From the human T2T-CHM13v2.0 reference genome, Homo sapiens, in assembly GCF_009914755.1 (NCBI RefSeq), contig NC_060926.1: a stretch of DNA of 64,000 nucleotides; one strand, 5' to 3'. The notes under the pieces are model-generated. The model was not told the DNA's origin. It did no database searches and saw nothing but the letters and a program-made list of their open reading frames with translations. Position 1 is the first letter of the stretch, and the number at the start of each line of letters is the position of its first letter. Below are positions 59,028 through 64,000 of this stretch, one piece after another. The translations under genes were made by a program, and so were the position numbers.

Positions 59028-59309
59028 TGTATAATAAATAATTTGATATTTGTCCTGGGTTTCTGGGAGGGAGTGTCTAAACCCTTAGAATTTCCCAGGT
59101 AATAGGTGTGTCTTTGTTATTCCTGGTAAGCCCCTGGGGCCACTGCTAAGTTTCTACTAATGAGATGACCTAGGGTAGGTGCTGGTCATGCTAGAAGACC
59201 AACCATGTGATTACAGGGTTGGGTTTTGTACCATGTGATATCAACATGACCTGCAGGGAAGGGACAGGGGCTGGATATGGAGTTCATCCACACAACCAGT
59301 GAATCAGTC
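59028..59309 (+). mobile_element. MER21-like LTR 5' part (apparent host of the HML-1 provirus)
   Basis: ggtcatgctagaagaccaaccatgtgattacagggttgg...ggggctggatatggagttca; cut off by the HML LTR. Confidence 0.65.
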
Positions 59310-60070
59310 TGTTGGGAGAAAAGCTGAGGCAGGGCTTCCATGTCAGACATAATGTAAAAGAGTCTTGGAACATCTCTGGGGTCCAGGGTCTAAAACCCCT
59401 TGTGGCCTTTGGAACACCAAGCTCTGTGCTAAAGGGTGGAAGTCTGTCCTGCTGCACCACAATCTAAGCCCAGGGCATAAAACCCTTCGTGGCTTGGATG
59501 GAATCCAGGGCTTAGGGTATAAAACCCCTCATGGCCTCTGGAATGTGTCTAGACTTGCTGGCTTCTTGCTTCTAGCACTCCCAGGCACATAAAATGATAG
59601 TATCTTAAACTAGAACATGTTCCCCATTATCTCAAGTGGTAGAACATGTTCCATACACTTCAAAGGAAATGCTAAACCATCACAGCTACAGCTCATGTGC
59701 TTGATGCACCACTTCCTTTCAACCCCCACATCCTCACCACCTGCTTCTTTGATCACCAATAAATATGGTGGGCTCCCAGAGCTCGGGGCCTTCACAGCCT
59801 CCATACTAGTGTTGGCCCCCTGGTCCCACTTTATGCACTCTAAACTTGTCTTTTCTCATTACTTTGAGTCCGCTGGACTTCGTCATCCCCATGGCCTGGT
59901 GTTGGGTCCAGCCACCCCAACATTCCTGGCACCTGATGTGGGGCAATGAAGACCCCAGTGAAGGAATGCTAGAGCATGTGAAAGCAGAGGACCCATCATT
60001 AAAGGACACCTGAGGACAACTGAAAGAAGCTCAGCAGGAAAGCTGAGTGCTCGGAAGAACCAGGGTAACA

Positions 60071-61230
60071 ATGGGACTGAATGAAAGCAAATATACTGCT
60101 TATTTGAATTTCTTAAGGCATTTATTATGAAGAGGGGGAGTGAAAGTTAGTAATCCGAATTTGTTATCACTTTTTAGTACAGTAAAGCAGTTTTGCGCAT
60201 GGTTCCTGGAACAAGGGACCATAGAGTTGGATGAATGGGATAGAATTGGAAGAGATTTTTAAAAGGCATATAAAGAGGGGGCAAAAATTCCAGTTTCCAT
60301 GTGGTCAATGTGGGCACCAATAAAGGCAGCTCTTGAGCCATTTCAAACAGATGATGAGGCAGATTCACATGAGGAAGGGGAGGACGAGTGTAAAAAACTA
60401 ACTTCAGATTCTAAATGTGAAGAACAGAAACTGGAGGAAATTAAAGAAAAGAAAGGGAAACAGAAAAAGTATGTTTTACTAGCCCGTCAGCTCCACCTGC
60501 TGAAATAAGTGAATGACCACTTCCTCCCTCTCCCCTTAATGGGTGAGAAGATGAATTAGCTGCAAAACTTACCGTTCCTGTAGCTGCAACATTAAAACGT
60601 GGAGCAATTGGTGGTGCCATACAAAACTCTATTCAAAAGGCTGGAGCCGACGGAGACCTTGAAGTATGGCAATTTCCAGTTACTATAATCCAGCAAGTAG
60701 GACAGAATATAGCTAATTGGGCCACCTTTTCATTTAAGTTGTTAAAGGAATTCAAGCAGGCCATTAGTCAACATGGGCCAAACTCTCCTTTTGTGCAAAC
60801 TTTGTTAAAAAATGTGGCTCTTGATAATAGGTTAATACCATATGATTGGAATACTTTAACAAAATCTGTTTTCACTCCATCTCAGCATTTACAGTTTAAA
60901 ACCTGGTGGGCTGACAAAGCTCAAAATCAGGCAAGGGAAAACACACAAGTGCAGCCACCTGTGCCTGTTTGCTTTGAACAGTTAATGGGAGTCGACCCTA
61001 ATTGGAGCTGATTAGAAAATCAAGCAGTAATGGAGGATGTTGCCATTGTTCAGCTGCGCTCTGTGTGCTTACGGGCATGGGAAAGGATAAATGTTACAGG
61101 GATGGACAACCTCTTTCTGGAAACAGGAAAAGGGGCCCACCTCGGGCCCCTCAACAAACTGAGGCATATCTGGCACAGCCAGTGCCCTTACAAACATAGA
61201 ATTCTCCCCTGCCACAGCAGGCAGTGCTGC
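60071..61230 (+). pseudogene. gag: HML-1 gag with stops; CA C-terminal half and zinc knuckles deleted at ~61100
   Basis: MGLNESKYTAYLNFL; LKEFKQAISQHGPNSPF; FKTWWAD; CLRAWERI followed directly by DGQPLSGN. Confidence 0.85.
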
Positions 61231-61866
61231 CATAGACCTTTGCAGCACAATTCCCATCTCCCTGCTTCCTGGAGAGCCACCAGAAAAGGTCTCTACAGGA
61301 GTTAGGGGACGCTTACACTCAGGAACAGTTGGTCTATCACTTGGGAGGTCTAGTCTAAATTTGAAAGGTGTCACTGTACGTACAGGAATAATTGATTCTG
61401 ATTATACTGGAGAGATTCAACTAGTTATTAGTTCCTCAACTCCGTGGTCTGCCTCCCCAGGAGAAAGAATTGCTCAGTTGTTGCTGTTACCTTACACAAA
61501 ACTAGGAAGCAGCACAGTGAAAAGAACAGGAGGCTTTGGTAGTACTAATCCAGCAGGGAAGGCTGTATATTGGGTTAATCAATTGGGTTTTTTGTCTGAC
61601 AAAAAACCTATTTGTACAGTAACTATTCAGGGAAAGGACTTTGAAGGACTAGTAGATACTTGAGCTGATGTCTCAATTATTGCTTTAAATCAATGGCCCT
61701 GACACTTGCCTAAACAAAAGACTTCCATGGGTATTGTTGGCATACGGACTGCCAAAGTTCCTTGATTTTACCATGTCAAGGGCCAGATGGCCAGGAAGGG
61801 ACAATTCAACCTATTATTACACCTATTCCTGTCAATTTATGGGGTAGAGATTTATTGCAACAATGG
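61220..61866 (+). pseudogene. pro: dUTPase-protease (pro), disrupted
   Basis: GIIDSDYTGEIQL, GERIAQLLLLPY, RTGGFGST, FEGLVDT*AD (DTG glycine is now a stop), NLWGRDLLQQW. Confidence 0.9.
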
Positions 61867-61895
61867 AGTGCCCACCAAACATCTGAAGATCTATC

Positions 61896-63847
61896 ATGAG
61901 CCACGGCAGGAAGAGAGGACTATGGGAAGAGCCAGAATTCCCAATACGAGTGATGGCATGAATAAACATCTCAGAGATGAAGGAGAAGACTGAGAATACT
62001 CATCAGGCAAATCCTCCAACATGAGGACAAATCAAGAAGTTGGCACAGATGGCAGAGGACAACTTGAAAGCACAGAACATAAACAACTAGTAACCTGATG
62101 GTGGCCATGCTGGTGGTACTCACCATGGTGGTAAGCTTCCCTACTTTAGGAGCAACTCAGATTTCACTTACTGGGCATATGTCCCATTTCCTCCTTTAAT
62201 TAGGTCTGTGAGTTGGATGGATCCTGTTATTGAGGTGTACACCAACAACAGTAGCTGGATGCCTGAGCCCATAGATAACCGAGGGCCAATGCATCCTAAT
62301 GAGGAAGGGATGAAAATGAATATATCCATAGGATGTAAATATCCTCCAATATGCCTGGGACCTGCTGTTGGATGCTTACAAATTATCACACGAGCCTGGT
62401 TGGCAATAGTTCCTGGAAAAAATAAATCACATGATTTCAGGGCATAGTTTAAAATATAATCATTCCAAACCTAAAATTCTGCAGTTCCATCTGAATAAGC
62501 TTGAATATGGCAAAACAGAGTTTGGTTTGAAGGTGTGGACACTTGAACTTGGGAAGATTGTATAGCAAGTAAGGCTGAGGTGCTACAAAATAATTCCTAT
62601 GGAATCGTCATTGATTGGTCCCCAAAGAGGATTTTTAAAGACAATTGCACTGCAAGGCCCTCTTGTTGAACAAATGTAATAAACCAGTGGAATCATTGGC
62701 AATGGAATCATACACAGTATGTTCAGACAGAAGCTGATTTCCCTATCATATGGAGTCCTGCTGGCATTGTCGCCCCTAGTCCAAAAATGATATCTCCTGC
62801 CATAGGACAAGAACATTCAGAATTATGGAAATTAACTATAGATCAAAGTTCAATCAAAATTTGGGAGGGCAAATATAATAAGTATAGCAGGGAGGGAGGT
62901 AAAAATAAATATGTTCTTTCTTTTCTTTCCAACAGGACCTTCTGGATTCAGAGTTGTGTTCAGCCACCTTTTATGCTAGCAATAGGAACTGTTACTCTTG
63001 ATATAAATACACACTTTATTACATGCTCCAAATGTCACTTGTTTACCTGCATTAACTCAACCTTTGATAAAAATCAAACCATTTTATTAATTAGAACCAG
63101 GGAAGGAGTTTGGATCCCTGTGTCCCTAAATAGACCATGGGAGGCATCACCATCTATTCATATTGTAACTAAGATCCTTAAAAAACGCTTATCCCATTCC
63201 AGAGGATTTATAGTTGCTCTTATATTTGCTATAATTGGCCTCATTGCTGTTACTACTACTGCTGCAGTAGCTGGTGTGGCTCTACACTCATCTGTGCAAA
63301 CTGCTGAATTTGTCAATAAGTGGCAAATGAATTCCACAAAACTATGGAATTCTCAGGCTCAAATAGATCAAAAAGAGTTAACCAAATTAATGATCTCCAT
63401 CAGACAGTGATTTGGATGGGAGATTGTATTATGAATTTAGAAAGTAGAATCCACATGCAATGTGATTGGAATACATCTGACTTTTGTATTACTCTCCATA
63501 GTTATAATGAAACAGGACTCCGATGGGAAAAGATTAAATGCCATCTGGAGAGCAGAGATGAAAAATCTCACCCTCAATATTGTGAAGCTAAAAGAGCAGG
63601 TTTTTGAAGCTTCTCAGGCTCACTTAGTCCTGCACCCTGGAACTGACATCTTGAACAAGGCAGCTGATGGATTGTCTGCAATCAATCCTATGAAATGGAT
63701 TAAGGCCATTGGAAGCTCTACGTTTGAAAATTCTATCCTAATAATTATGTGCTTGTGCTGTCTCCTTTTAGTCTGCAGATGCGGAAGCTGTCTCTGGAGA
63801 GAAAGCTGCTGTCGAGAACAAGCAATGATAGCTGTGGTGGTTTTATG
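61896..63847 (+). pseudogene. env: HML-1 env with several stops and frameshifts
   Basis: [75 protein letters not shown]. Confidence 0.9.
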
Positions 63848-64000
63848 AAAAAAAAGGGGGGCATGTTGGGAGAAGCTGAGGCAGGGCTTGCATGTCTGAT
63901 ATGATGTAAAAGAGTCTTGGAACATGTCTGTGGTTCAGGGTCTAAAGCCCCTCATGGCCTTTGGAACACCAAGCTCTGTGCTAAATGGTGGAAGTCTGCC

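Larger units (their letters stand above)
59310..64000 (+). mobile_element. HERV-K14 (HML-1) provirus with LTR14B-like LTRs, internally deleted; 3' LTR runs off the window
   Basis: 5' LTR 59310-59922; degenerate PBS-Lys tggcacctgatgtggggc 59927-59944; PPT before the 3' LTR at 63864; betaretroviral gag, dUTPase-protease and env remnants. Confidence 0.88.

Noticed and set aside
59374-59545. Three aggg...taaaacccct repeats in the LTR
   Set aside because: The first unit recurs in the 3' LTR, so this appears to be an intrinsic LTR14B-type feature rather than locus-specific.
59613-59651. Two perfect p53 half-sites (gaacatgttc) in the HML-1 5' LTR
   Set aside because: The 19-nt spacer is outside the canonical 0-13 range, so a response element cannot be called.

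Overview
This is repeat-dense primate genomic DNA, almost certainly human, since it carries an AluYa5 with all five diagnostic positions. I found no host protein-coding exon, rRNA, tRNA or CRISPR array. The ORFs I could place come from Alus, simple repeats or dead retroviral genes, and the rest look like chance. The window holds about 14 Alus, many MaLR/ERVL solo LTRs, DNA-transposon fossils, L1/L2 fragments and a 1.3-kb CA-rich VNTR. The last 17 kb is almost all ERV: an MLT1 element whose 3' LTR hosts an Alu, a Harlequin/LTR2 provirus inside that Alu, and a MER4E LTR; a second, inverted MER4E LTR; and an internally deleted HERV-K14/HML-1 provirus. The most unusual items are: (1) an ERV env-LTR transcript that appears to have been retrotransposed by L1 (16-bp TSD, ends 12 nt after ATTAAA, (CA)24 in place of a poly(A) tail); (2) rec-like splice architecture in the HML-1 env; (3) CpG-island-like density over ancient MLT1 LTRs; and (4) an in-frame fold-back inversion in Harlequin pol. 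I see no firm evidence for a wholly new system. Family names come from recalled consensus sequences and all counts were done by hand; both need RepeatMasker/Dfam confirmation.
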